Part shown: positions 55,719 through 64,000 of the stretch, piece after piece
Position numbering within the stretch: position 1 is the stretch's first letter
Layout: every line of letters starts with the position of its first letter
Assembly: GCA_022826665.1 (NCBI GenBank)
Contig: JAJDUK010000041.1
Location: forward strand, 18,738-82,737
Direction of reading: 5' to 3'
Origin: Alphaproteobacteria bacterium
Lineage (GTDB): Bacteria; Pseudomonadota; Alphaproteobacteria; UBA828
DNA: 64,000 nt
Notes under the pieces: model-generated
Database searches by the model: none
Seen by the model: the letters and a program-made list of their open reading frames with translations, nothing else
Told to the model about the DNA's origin: nothing
Program-made: the position numbers and the translations under genes

Positions 55719-57013
55719 GGCAAGACCTCGAATGCGCGGGTGAAGAAGTCGGGCGCGCCGAAATTACCGGACTTAAGCGCGAGATGGAGCCGGGGCTCGC
55801 CGACGCTCATGGTCCACGGCACGCCGGGGTCGATCTCGGCCCCGATGCGGAGTGCCTGAACCCCCAACGCGCCGACCACGGCGCCTGCGGTCTCGCCGCC
55901 GGCCACCACCAACCGGCCTGTGCCGGCATCGACGAGGCCGGCGGCGATGCGCGCGAGGCAACGCTCGATCATCGCGCCCGCCTTCCCTGCGCCGAGCTTC
56001 TTCTGAATCCGCCTGACCCGCGCCGGCGCGGCGCTGGCGTAGATCAGCACCGGCCCGTCGGCGAGCCTGGGCCGCGCCCAGGCCAGCGCCTCGACCGCCA
56101 CCCGCCGGCGCGCGGCGAGCGCCTCGGCATCGACGAAGAACGCCGGGCACGTGGCCGCCATGTGCTCGATCTGCCCGAGCGTCGCGGTCGAGCAGCTGCC
56201 GGCGATCACTGCCGCGTGGCCAGAGGCAGCCGGCAGCGCGGCCGCCTCCTCCGCCTCTCCCAGCAAGCCGCTCTCCCGGAAGTTCGCCGGCAGCCCCATG
56301 GCGACGCCGGAGCCACCGGTGATCAGCGGCAGATCTGCGCAGGCCGCTCCGATCGCCATCAAATCCTTATCAGCGACGGCATCGACGATGGCGTGACGCG
56401 TACCCGCCTGCCGAAGCCCCTCGAACGCCCTGCGGATGGCGCCGGCGCCCTTGCGCACGGTCTCGTGTCCGACCAGCCCCACCGGGCGCGGCGTCTGGGC
56501 GCCGAGCACCGCCACGAGATTGGAGTCCCGCATCGGGGTCAGCGGATGGTTGCGCATGCCCGAGTTCTCGAGCAGCACGTCGCCGACAAAGAGGTGCCCC
56601 CTGTAGACGGTGCGCCCGTTGGTGGGGAAGGCCGGGCAGGCGATGGTGAGATCGGCCCCCAGATCGTCCAGCAACGCATCGGCCACCGGCCCGATGTTGC
56701 CGCGCGGCGTGGAATCGAAGGTCGAGCAGTACTTGAAGAATATCTGACGCGCACCACCCTCCCTGAGCCAAGCGAGCGCCGCGCGGGACTCACGAACCGC
56801 CTTCCCGGGCGGCACCGTGCGCGACTTGAGCGCGACCACCACGGCATCGGCATCGGGCACCGCGGTCTCTGCACGGGGAACGCCGATCACCTGGACCGTG
56901 CGCATGCCCTCCGCCACCAGCGTGTTGCAGAGATCGGTCGCGCCGGTGAGGTCGTCGGCGATCGCGCCGAGCAGGAGGCCCGCTTTGCTCCCCCTCCCGC
57001 CGCGCCGCGCCAT
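55715..57013 (-). CDS. otnK: 3-oxo-tetronate kinase (DUF1537/YgbK)
   Basis: IADDLTGATD, FKYCSTFDST, GGSG, AGSCS, AGGETAG, LKSGNFG. Confidence 0.9.
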   Translation of the reverse strand: MARRGGRGSKAGLLLGAIADDLTGATDLCNTLVAEGMRTVQVIGVPRAETAVPDADAVVVALKSRTVPPGKAVRESRAALAWLREGGARQIFFKYCSTFDSTPRGNIGPVADALLDDLGADLTIACPAFPTNGRTVYRGHLFVGDVLLENSGMRNHPLTPMRDSNLVAVLGAQTPRPVGLVGHETVRKGAGAIRRAFEGLRQAGTRHAIVDAVADKDLMAIGAACADLPLITGGSGVAMGLPANFRESGLLGEAEEAAALPAASGHAAVIAGSCSTATLGQIEHMAATCPAFFVDAEALAARRRVAVEALAWARPRLADGPVLIYASAAPARVRRIQKKLGAGKAGAMIERCLARIAAGLVDAGTGRLVVAGGETAGAVVGALGVQALRIGAEIDPGVPWTMSVGEPRLHLALKSGNFGAPDFFTRAFEVLP

Positions 57014-57018
57014 GGCCG

Positions 57019-58233
57019 TCAGGCGAAGGCCTGGATGCCGGTCTGCGACCGGCCAAGGATCAGGGCATGAATGTCGTGGGTGCCCTCGTAGGTGTTGACC
57101 GCCTCCAGGTTCATGACGTGGCGGATCACGTGAAACTCATCGCTGATGCCGTTGCCGCCGTGCATGTCGCGGGCCTCGCGGGCGATTTCGATCGCCTTGC
57201 CGCAGGAGTTGCGCTTGATCAGCGAGATCATCTCCGGCGTCGCCCTGCCCTCGTCGAAGAGCCGGCCGACGCGGAGGCAAGCCTGCAGGCCGATGGCGAT
57301 CTCGCTCTGCATGTCGGCGAGCTTCTTCTGGATGAGCTGGTTGGCCGCGAGCGGCTTGCCGAACTGTCGCCGGTCCATCGTGTAGTCGCGGGCGGCGCGC
57401 CAGCAGAACTCGGCGGCGCCGAGCGCGCCCCAGCCGATGCCGTAGCGGGCCCGGTTGAGGCAGCGGAAGGGTCCCGAGAGACCGCTCGCACCGGGAAGCT
57501 CGTTCTCCGCCGGCACGAACACCTCGTCCATCTGGATCATGCCGGTGACGGAGGCGCGCAGCGAGAACTTGCCCTCGATCTTGGGCGCCGCCAGCCTCTT
57601 CATATCCTTCTCGAGCAGGTAGCCTCGGATCGTGCCTTCGTCATTCTTGGCCCAGACCAGGAAGACATCGGCGATGGGCGAGTTGGAGATCCAGTTCTTC
57701 GCGCCGGAAAGCAGGAATCCCCCGTCGACCGCGCGTGCGCGCGTCGTCATGCTACCGGGGTCGGAGCCGGAGTCCGGCTCGGTGAGCCCGAAGCAGCCGA
57801 CGGCCTCGCCCGTTGCGAGGCGCGGCAGCCACTGCTGCTTCTGCGCCTCGGTGCCGTAGGCATCGATGGGATACATCACCAGGCTCGACTGCACGCTCAT
57901 CGCGGAGCGATAGCCGGAATCGACCGCCTCCACCTCACGCGCGGCGAGGCCGTAGCAAACGTAGCTCACGCCGGCGCAGCCGTAGCCCTGGATGGTCGAG
58001 CCCAAGAGGCCGAGGGCGCCCATCTCGTTCAGAATCTCACGGTCGAAGCGTTCGTGCCGGTTCGCCTCGAGGATGCGCGGCATCAACTGCTCTTGGGCGT
58101 AGGCGCGGGTGGTGTCGCGCACTAGCCGCTCGTCCTCGCCGAGCTGGTCGTCGAGCAGGAACGGATCGTCCCACTGGAACGTGGGCTTCGTGCGGGACGG
58201 TGCGGCCTTGGCGGCCGCTGCGGTTTGGACCAT
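57019..58233 (-). CDS. gcdH: Glutaryl-CoA dehydrogenase
   Basis: [65 protein letters not shown]. Confidence 0.95.
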   Translation of the reverse strand: MVQTAAAAKAAPSRTKPTFQWDDPFLLDDQLGEDERLVRDTTRAYAQEQLMPRILEANRHERFDREILNEMGALGLLGSTIQGYGCAGVSYVCYGLAAREVEAVDSGYRSAMSVQSSLVMYPIDAYGTEAQKQQWLPRLATGEAVGCFGLTEPDSGSDPGSMTTRARAVDGGFLLSGAKNWISNSPIADVFLVWAKNDEGTIRGYLLEKDMKRLAAPKIEGKFSLRASVTGMIQMDEVFVPAENELPGASGLSGPFRCLNRARYGIGWGALGAAEFCWRAARDYTMDRRQFGKPLAANQLIQKKLADMQSEIAIGLQACLRVGRLFDEGRATPEMISLIKRNSCGKAIEIAREARDMHGGNGISDEFHVIRHVMNLEAVNTYEGTHDIHALILGRSQTGIQAFA

Positions 58234-58334
58234 GATTCCCTCCTGGACGACGCGTTTTTCTAGCATTCGGGCATAGGCGTACCAAGCCTGCCCGCACCCG
58301 GCGGCGATGCCGCGACCCGTGGGAGGCTCCGTCC

Positions 58335-59246
58335 ATGCCCGCCACCCGACCGAGCCCGCTCCTGATCGGGATGCTGTTTGCCCTCGGCGTCTCCTTCGCG
58401 CTGGCGATATCGCTCAACCGCTTCGCGGCGGACGGCGGCGTACCCTTCCTGCCCTATGTCTTCTGGCAGTCGCTGGGCGGCGGCGGCGCGCTTCTGCTCC
58501 TGGCCGCGGCGTTGCGCCGTTTGCCGCCCATCGACTTCCCCCACATACGAATCTTCCTTTCCACCGGGGCGCTGAATCTCTCGTTTCCCTACATGCTGCT
58601 TGCCTACCTCGCTCACAAGGTGCCGGCGAGCCTGCTTACTCTGGGCCTCGCGCTGGTGCCGGTGATGATTTACGCGCTGGCGTTGACCCTGAGGCAGGAG
58701 CGCTTCCACTCGCTCCGTTTCGGCGGAATCCTTCTGGGGCTGGCCGGCATTCTTCTGGTACTGGTGCCGCAGGCGAGCCTGCCGGCGCCCGGCATGGCCG
58801 GCTGGGTTGCGCTCGGCCTGTTGCCGTCGCTCTCCTATGCGGTCAACGCGGTGCTGGTCGCGCGCTGGCGCCCGCAGGAGACCGGCTCGCTACCGCTCGC
58901 TGGCGGCCTCATGCTGGCATCGGCCGGCTACGTGCTGATCGTGATGGCCGCGACCGGCGAGGACTGGTGGGCCTTCGGCGGTTCATTCGACATCGGCCAC
59001 TGGGCTACGATTGCCGCGATGGCCAACAACTGCGTGTCGTTCTATCTGGTCTTCGAGGTAATTCGCCGCGCCGGCCCGGTGATCTTTTCGACCGTCAACT
59101 ACGTGGCCACGCTGTCGGGTATGGGCTTCGGCATGTGGTTCTTCGGCGATGCACCGTCTGCCTATATCTGGGGCGCGGTGGTGCTGATGTTCGCCGGGCT
59201 CTTCCTCGTGACCACGACCGGCCGGCGGGAAGACAAAGAAGACTAG
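58335..59246 (+). CDS. DMT/EamA family transporter
   Basis: About ten hydrophobic segments in two EamA-like halves. Confidence 0.85.
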   Translation: MPATRPSPLLIGMLFALGVSFALAISLNRFAADGGVPFLPYVFWQSLGGGGALLLLAAALRRLPPIDFPHIRIFLSTGALNLSFPYMLLAYLAHKVPASLLTLGLALVPVMIYALALTLRQERFHSLRFGGILLGLAGILLVLVPQASLPAPGMAGWVALGLLPSLSYAVNAVLVARWRPQETGSLPLAGGLMLASAGYVLIVMAATGEDWWAFGGSFDIGHWATIAAMANNCVSFYLVFEVIRRAGPVIFSTVNYVATLSGMGFGMWFFGDAPSAYIWGAVVLMFAGLFLVTTTGRREDKED

Positions 59247-59266
59247 AGCGAGGCTCGACGGGCCCC

Positions 59267-59758
59267 CTAATAGGTGCCGCCGCCTGCCGTGGATGACGCG
59301 CCGCCTTCGACCGAGGCCATGTCGCTCTCGGAAGTCTCGGCCTTCCGTCGCTTCTGGCCGAGGCCGATCTGCTTGGCAAACTCCGAGCGCCGCCGCGCGT
59401 AGTTGGGCGCGACCATCGGATAGTCGGCATCGAGGCCCCACTTCGCCCGGTACTCGTCGGGGGTCATGTTATAGGTCGTGCGCAGATGCCGCTTCAGCAT
59501 CTTCAGCTCGCGGCCGTCTTCGAGGCAGATCAGATAGTCGGGCGTGATCGATTTCTTGATCGGGACGGCAGGCTTCGGCGGTGCCGCAACGGCTGTCGCG
59601 CCGGCCTGTGCCTCTCGCAGCGAGGCATGGACCGTGCGAATGACCTCCGCAAGCTCGGACGGCGCCACTGTATTATTACCGACATATGCCGTGACCACGT
59701 CAGCAGTCATGCGTAACAGGTCATGGTCCGAGCCGGGATTTTCTGTCTGATCGCTCAT
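59267..59758 (-). CDS. mucR: MucR/Ros family transcriptional regulator
   Basis: LLRMTADVVTAYVGNN, PAVPIKKSITPDYLICLEDG, LKRHL, YPMVAPNY. Upstream region is AT-rich. Confidence 0.95.
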   Translation of the reverse strand: MSDQTENPGSDHDLLRMTADVVTAYVGNNTVAPSELAEVIRTVHASLREAQAGATAVAAPPKPAVPIKKSITPDYLICLEDGRELKMLKRHLRTTYNMTPDEYRAKWGLDADYPMVAPNYARRRSEFAKQIGLGQKRRKAETSESDMASVEGGASSTAGGGTY

Positions 59759-59914
59759 TTCAAATTCTTTACCATAGGTGACACGATAGTCTACGCGAGT
59801 ATATTGAATATATGCTTGAAGTGTCAAACGCGAATCTTCATTTCTACTCTTGGATGCTACAAGAAGAGGGCTGTTCCGCGTGCGCCAGCGGCCCGCCCTT
59901 ACGGAGCCTCAGCC

Positions 59915-61318
59915 ATGATGCAAGCGCCCGCGACCCGCGACGCCCCGGCCTTCGAGTCGGTCTATGCGCTCGTGCGCGAGAACCTCGACCCCGGCGCCGG
60001 TGATATACCGGTAGACCGACTCATGCAGGTCTTCCGTCGCCTGGCCGATCTCTACGACACCGATGTGAGCAGCCCGCTGAACATGGGCTACTTCTGCATC
60101 GACGCCGATGCGGCCTCGATCGCCGCCATGGACGAGACCAACCGGCGCGGCGCGAACATCGTGGTCAGGGGCCAGCATCCGGCCTCCGCCGCCATCGAGC
60201 AGTACGCCGTCGACCTGATCATGGCGACCTTCGGCATCGATCCAGAGAGCGGGGCCGGTCACTTCACCGCTTGCGGCACCGAGGCGAACCAAACCGCCAT
60301 GATCGTCGCGCTTACCGACCGGCTCTCCCACCGCAACCCACGCTGCACCGCCTACGACCAGGCGCTTTGCACGGACGGGACCGGGCTGGAGGAGCCTTAC
60401 GAATATTGGCGCCACGGCGCGCTGCCGCTCCGGGTGCGGCCGGCGCTCTACGTCTCGCCCCAGACGCACTTCTCCATCGAGAAGAACGCCCGCAACCTGA
60501 TCGGCACCGCCTCAATTCGCACGGTGCCCGTGGACGGCGACCTCCGCATGGACGTGGGTGCGCTCGCAGACACGATGGCGGCGGACGCCGCATCGGGGGC
60601 GTTCCTGCCGTTCATGGCCGTCGGCTCGGTGGGCGCGACGCCGTCCGGGATCGTCGATCCGCTCGCCGAGATCGGCGCGGTGTGCCGCGAGCACGGGGCA
60701 TGGTTCCACGTCGATGCGCCGTGGGGCGCCATCGCGGCGTTCTCACCACGGCTGCGAGAGGACTGCCTCGCCGGGCTCGATGCCGCGGACTCGCTCATCT
60801 TCGACCCCCACAAGACGCTTGTGCCGCTCGGCGCCGGCGGGTGCGGCATGTTCCTTTGCCGCCACCGTGAGGCGGTGGAGCGCGCGTTCAACATCTATGA
60901 CCGGCCGGCGGAGCAGCATGAGTTCTCCTCCATGTCGCTCCAAGGCTCGCGCGCCAACAGCGGGCTCCGGGTGCTCACGTCCGTTCTTCAGCCGGCGGCG
61001 CTGGCGCAGCGGATCGAGGGGGAGGCGGCGCTGGGCGATACGCTGCGCGGCATGCTGCGCGAGGCGGGTTGGGAAATCGTGAACCGGACGCCGTTGCCGG
61101 TCGTCTGCACGGTTCACCCGGCGATGCGGGCCGGCGCCTTCAGCGCGGCGGACGCAGTCCAACATCTGCGGAACGAAGGCGTGCTGGCTTGGGCCGAGGC
61201 GCTGAGACCCGACGAGCCCGAGGCCGTCCGCCTCGGCATCATCAGCCGCAGGACGACGGAGGAGTCACTCCGCTTTGTCGTGGATCGGCTGGCGGCCTTC
61301 GCCGCAGAGCGGAATTAA
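59915..61318 (+). CDS. Group II PLP-dependent amino acid decarboxylase (AADC/GAD/HDC fold)
   Basis: GHFTACGTEAN, HFSIEK, VGATPSGIVDPL, WFHVDAPWG, DSLIFDPHK (PLP Lys). Confidence 0.88.
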   Translation: MMQAPATRDAPAFESVYALVRENLDPGAGDIPVDRLMQVFRRLADLYDTDVSSPLNMGYFCIDADAASIAAMDETNRRGANIVVRGQHPASAAIEQYAVDLIMATFGIDPESGAGHFTACGTEANQTAMIVALTDRLSHRNPRCTAYDQALCTDGTGLEEPYEYWRHGALPLRVRPALYVSPQTHFSIEKNARNLIGTASIRTVPVDGDLRMDVGALADTMAADAASGAFLPFMAVGSVGATPSGIVDPLAEIGAVCREHGAWFHVDAPWGAIAAFSPRLREDCLAGLDAADSLIFDPHKTLVPLGAGGCGMFLCRHREAVERAFNIYDRPAEQHEFSSMSLQGSRANSGLRVLTSVLQPAALAQRIEGEAALGDTLRGMLREAGWEIVNRTPLPVVCTVHPAMRAGAFSAADAVQHLRNEGVLAWAEALRPDEPEAVRLGIISRRTTEESLRFVVDRLAAFAAERN

Positions 61319-61339
61319 CCCGGCGCCCCTACGCGAGCG

Positions 61340-61759
61340 CTACGCGCCCCCCGGGTGCCAGCCGGGCGGAGCGAGCTCGAAGCCGGCGAACTCGAAGGCG
61401 GGTGCCACCGTACAGCCGACCAGTGTCCAGGCGCCCTCCGGACGCGCGCTCTGCCAGGCGCCGACGGGAACCACCAATTGGGGCCAGGCCCCCTCGCCCA
61501 GGCCAAGCCGATGGCTCGTGGTCGTCACGCCATCGAGCGATAGCTCGAGCCTGAGCGCGTCGCCGGCGTGGTAGTGCCAGATCTCCACCGCGTCGACCCG
61601 GTGCCAGGCCGAGACCTCGCCATCCCGCAGGAGGTAATAGATGGAGGTCACCGCGCCGCGGCGGCCGTCTTCCGCCTGTGCGCGGTAGATTTCGCGATAG
61701 TGGCCACCCTCCGGGTGCGGTGTCAGCCCGTAGCGGGCGATGATATCGTCGGCATCCAT
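61340..61759 (-). CDS. Cupin superfamily protein (DUF985/Cupin_5)
   Basis: LTPHPEGGHYRE, TSIYYLL, WHRVDAVEIWHYHAG, GCTVAPAFEF. Confidence 0.93.
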   Translation of the reverse strand: MDADDIIARYGLTPHPEGGHYREIYRAQAEDGRRGAVTSIYYLLRDGEVSAWHRVDAVEIWHYHAGDALRLELSLDGVTTTSHRLGLGEGAWPQLVVPVGAWQSARPEGAWTLVGCTVAPAFEFAGFELAPPGWHPGGA

Positions 61760-61899
61760 CGGCGACTCTCTTCGCCATGGGGTCAGGCGGCCGCCCCACC
61801 GAAATTCATAGCGGCCGCCTCCTGTACTATACTCGGCGCACAGAGACGTGCATCTTAGGCATGGCGCGATTGGAGCGGGCTGAAGGGGTGGTGCAGGAC

Positions 61900-63084
61900 A
61901 TGCGGCACCGCAACGGCATGAGGGTCTTGGCAGCGGTCGCAGCCGGGCTTGCCGCGCTGATGCTCTGGTCGCAGGCCGAAGCGGTGGAAGCGGAAATCCG
62001 GAGCTTTTCTTTCGATTGCGAGACGGCCGACGGGCGCATCGTCAAGCCCCTGCACGGCGATATCGAAGGCGACACGTACACGGATCTCCCCGCGCAGCGC
62101 GCGCAGTGCCTCGGCACCATCGACCGCAAGATCGCGCTCTGCTGGGAGAACACCCGGTTCGCGACCGAGGTCGAAAATCAGGAGTTTGCCGACTGTCTGC
62201 CCAAGTTCCGAGACCAGGCGCGCGCGTGCGTCGGGCACTTCTCGTTCGAGCGGTCCAAGTGCGGGGCCGAGGATCCTCTCCGGGTCGATGACGCCGCAAG
62301 CGAACAGGACGAAGAGCCCGTCTTGGAAACTACACTGGGGGGACGCCACAGGGTCAAGCCTGTGGATCGCCTGATGTCGGCGAGAGAGGCGGCCAATATC
62401 AGGACCGGCCCCAGCCCTGACTACGACATCGTGGGGACCGTGATGGCCGGCGACGAGCTGCTGGTGACCGGCGAGGTCCGAGGGCGAGACTGGTTGCGGG
62501 TGGAATACCCGCGCAGCGGCGATGAGGCGTACATCTACGGACCGCTGTTGAGACTGGTGGCGGAACGGCCGCGCTCGACGCCAAGCACGCCGTCCACGCC
62601 GGCCCCCGATACACCAGCCTCTCCCCAGCCCTCGGGCCCGAGCTGGTCGATCGCGGAGAACCAGCCCTGCGAGGTGTGGAACTACGGCAACACGGACTAC
62701 GAGCCGCTCACCTGGTCGGGCGCGTGCACGGATAGCAAGGCCTCCGGCAGTGGCCGCCTGGTCTTTCGCGGTGGCGAGGGCGTGTACGACGGCGCCATGC
62801 GGGACGGCAAGATGCACGGACGCGGGGTCCTGAACTGGGCCAACGGCTTCCGCTACGAGGGCGAGCTTCGGGACGGCAAGCAGCACGGGCATGGGACACT
62901 TACCCAGGCCAACGGCGCGCGCTACGTGGGTGGATGGCGCGAGGGCAGGCCGCACGGCCAAGGCACATACACGCAAGCCGACGGCACCATCTTCAAGGGC
63001 GCGTGGCGCGACGGCTGCTTCGGCGAGCGCACCGGCCAGTGGGCCTCGATCGGGACGACGGCGGCGGCCTGCGGCTTCGAATAA
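61900..63084 (+). CDS. Secreted Cys-rich / SH3b / MORN-repeat protein
   Basis: Signal peptide (AEA); 6-Cys N-domain; SH3b ([15 protein letters not shown]...WLRVEY...YIYGPLL); P/S/T linker; three full MORN repeats plus a partial one. The start could be 61900 or 61918. Confidence 0.8.
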   Translation: MRHRNGMRVLAAVAAGLAALMLWSQAEAVEAEIRSFSFDCETADGRIVKPLHGDIEGDTYTDLPAQRAQCLGTIDRKIALCWENTRFATEVENQEFADCLPKFRDQARACVGHFSFERSKCGAEDPLRVDDAASEQDEEPVLETTLGGRHRVKPVDRLMSAREAANIRTGPSPDYDIVGTVMAGDELLVTGEVRGRDWLRVEYPRSGDEAYIYGPLLRLVAERPRSTPSTPSTPAPDTPASPQPSGPSWSIAENQPCEVWNYGNTDYEPLTWSGACTDSKASGSGRLVFRGGEGVYDGAMRDGKMHGRGVLNWANGFRYEGELRDGKQHGHGTLTQANGARYVGGWREGRPHGQGTYTQADGTIFKGAWRDGCFGERTGQWASIGTTAAACGFE

Positions 63085-63158
63085 CGATCAGCCGGACGAC
63101 GCACGCCGCGCGCGCCATATGCCTTCGCACGGCACAGATCGGGTCCTATGATTGCCCC

Positions 63159-64000
63159 GTGGAGACATTGTGCCGCGATTGCGGCCACCGGCCGCTCGGC
63201 TCAGCCGGCGCCTGCCCGGCCTGCGGGTCGGCGCGCCTCCTGAGTCACGCTGAGCTTCACGATCTCACCATCGCCCACCTCGACTGCGACGCGTTCTACG
63301 CCGCGATCGAGAAGCGCGACCGCCCGGAGCTCCGCGACCGCCCGGTGATCGTCGGCGGCCGCCACCGGGGCGTGGTCGCAGCCTGCTGCTATATCGCCCG
63401 GACCTATGGCGTGCGCTCTGCCATGCCCATGTTCAAGGCGCTGAAGGCCTGCCCGGACGCCGAGGTCATCAAGCCCGACATGAAGAAGTACGCGGGCGTC
63501 GGCCGCGAGGTTCGGGCGATGATGCTGGAATGCACGCCGCTGGTGGAGCCGCTCTCCATCGACGAGGCGTTCATGGACCTCTCCGGCACCGAAACGCTTC
63601 ACCGCGCGAGCGCCGCCGAGACCCTCGCAGACCTCGCGCGCCGGGTGGAGGAGGCGCTCTTCATCACCGTCTCCATCGGCCTCAGTTACAACAAGTTCCT
63701 GGCCAAGATCGCCTCCGATCTCGACAAGCCGCGCGGCTTCGCCGTGATCGGACGGGCCGAGGCCCGCGCCTTCCTCGCCGACAAGCCGGTGGGGCTGCTA
63801 TGGGGCGTGGGCGCGGCCATGCAGCGGCGCCTCGCCCGCGACGGCATCACGCTGATCGGCGAGCTTGCCCGCCTCGAAGAGGCGACGCTCACCGCGCGTT
63901 ACGGCAAGATCGGCAAGCGGCTCCACATGTGCGCCCGCGGCGAGGACGACCGCCCGGTCAATCCCGAGCGCGAGACCAAGAGCATCTCCTCGGAGATCAC
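63159..64000 (+). CDS. dinB: DNA polymerase IV with N-terminal Zn ribbon, 3'-truncated by the window edge
   Basis: Absent from the ORF track because it runs off the end. GTG 63159: METLCRDC...CPACG...[48 protein letters not shown]. Confidence 0.95.
   Translation, partial: METLCRDCGHRPLGSAGACPACGSARLLSHAELHDLTIAHLDCDAFYAAIEKRDRPELRDRPVIVGGRHRGVVAACCYIARTYGVRSAMPMFKALKACPDAEVIKPDMKKYAGVGREVRAMMLECTPLVEPLSIDEAFMDLSGTETLHRASAAETLADLARRVEEALFITVSIGLSYNKFLAKIASDLDKPRGFAVIGRAEARAFLADKPVGLLWGVGAAMQRRLARDGITLIGELARLEEATLTARYGKIGKRLHMCARGEDDRPVNPERETKSISSEI

Noticed and set aside
63159-63270. CxxC...CxxC Zn ribbon fused to DinB
   Set aside because: A common feature of alphaproteobacterial DinB; not novel.
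1-64000. CRISPR arrays, rRNA, intact transposases/integrases, retron or defence islands
   Set aside because: No regularly spaced repeat-spacer units, rRNA-like sequence, or RT/nuclease/integrase motifs were seen; only IS debris and one TA pair.

Overview
A very GC-rich (roughly 68-70% by eye) chromosomal segment of an alphaproteobacterium, probably Rhodospirillales-like. The lineage call is an inference from an rpsM-rpsK-rpoA-rplQ operon lacking rpsD, a MucR/Ros regulator, a DinB with an N-terminal Zn ribbon, and the miaB-phoH-ybeY-corC-lnt block. The left ~37 kb is a chain of accessory catabolic modules. (1) A GtsBCD-like sugar ABC transporter with two GMC flavoproteins, a frameshifted SDR and a DUF993 protein, followed by a second, ribose-type ABC system. 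(2) A decayed junction at the 3' end of tRNA-Ser(CGA), containing a broken PfkB kinase, IS fragments and an AT-rich att-like end. (3) A divergent cluster coupling a two-subunit hydroquinone 1,2-dioxygenase and an LLM flavin monooxygenase to an acyl-CoA ligase, a Cys-less thiolase-fold protein with a DUF35/OB-fold partner and a crotonase. (4) A GntR-linked ABC/hydantoinase-oxoprolinase/M24 peptidase locus running straight into putA. (5) A histamine-dehydrogenase-like flavoenzyme. The right part is mostly housekeeping (tlyA-ispA-xseB without dxs, a lone cdsA, lnt-miaB block, alpha operon, gcdH, mucR, dinB), with tandem amidases, a MazEF-like TA pair, otnK-otnC, a group II PLP decarboxylase and a secreted SH3/MORN protein in between. 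No rRNA, CRISPR array or intact integrase/transposase was seen. The best candidates for undescribed systems are modules (3) and (4). All family assignments come from motif recognition by eye; no database searches were run.
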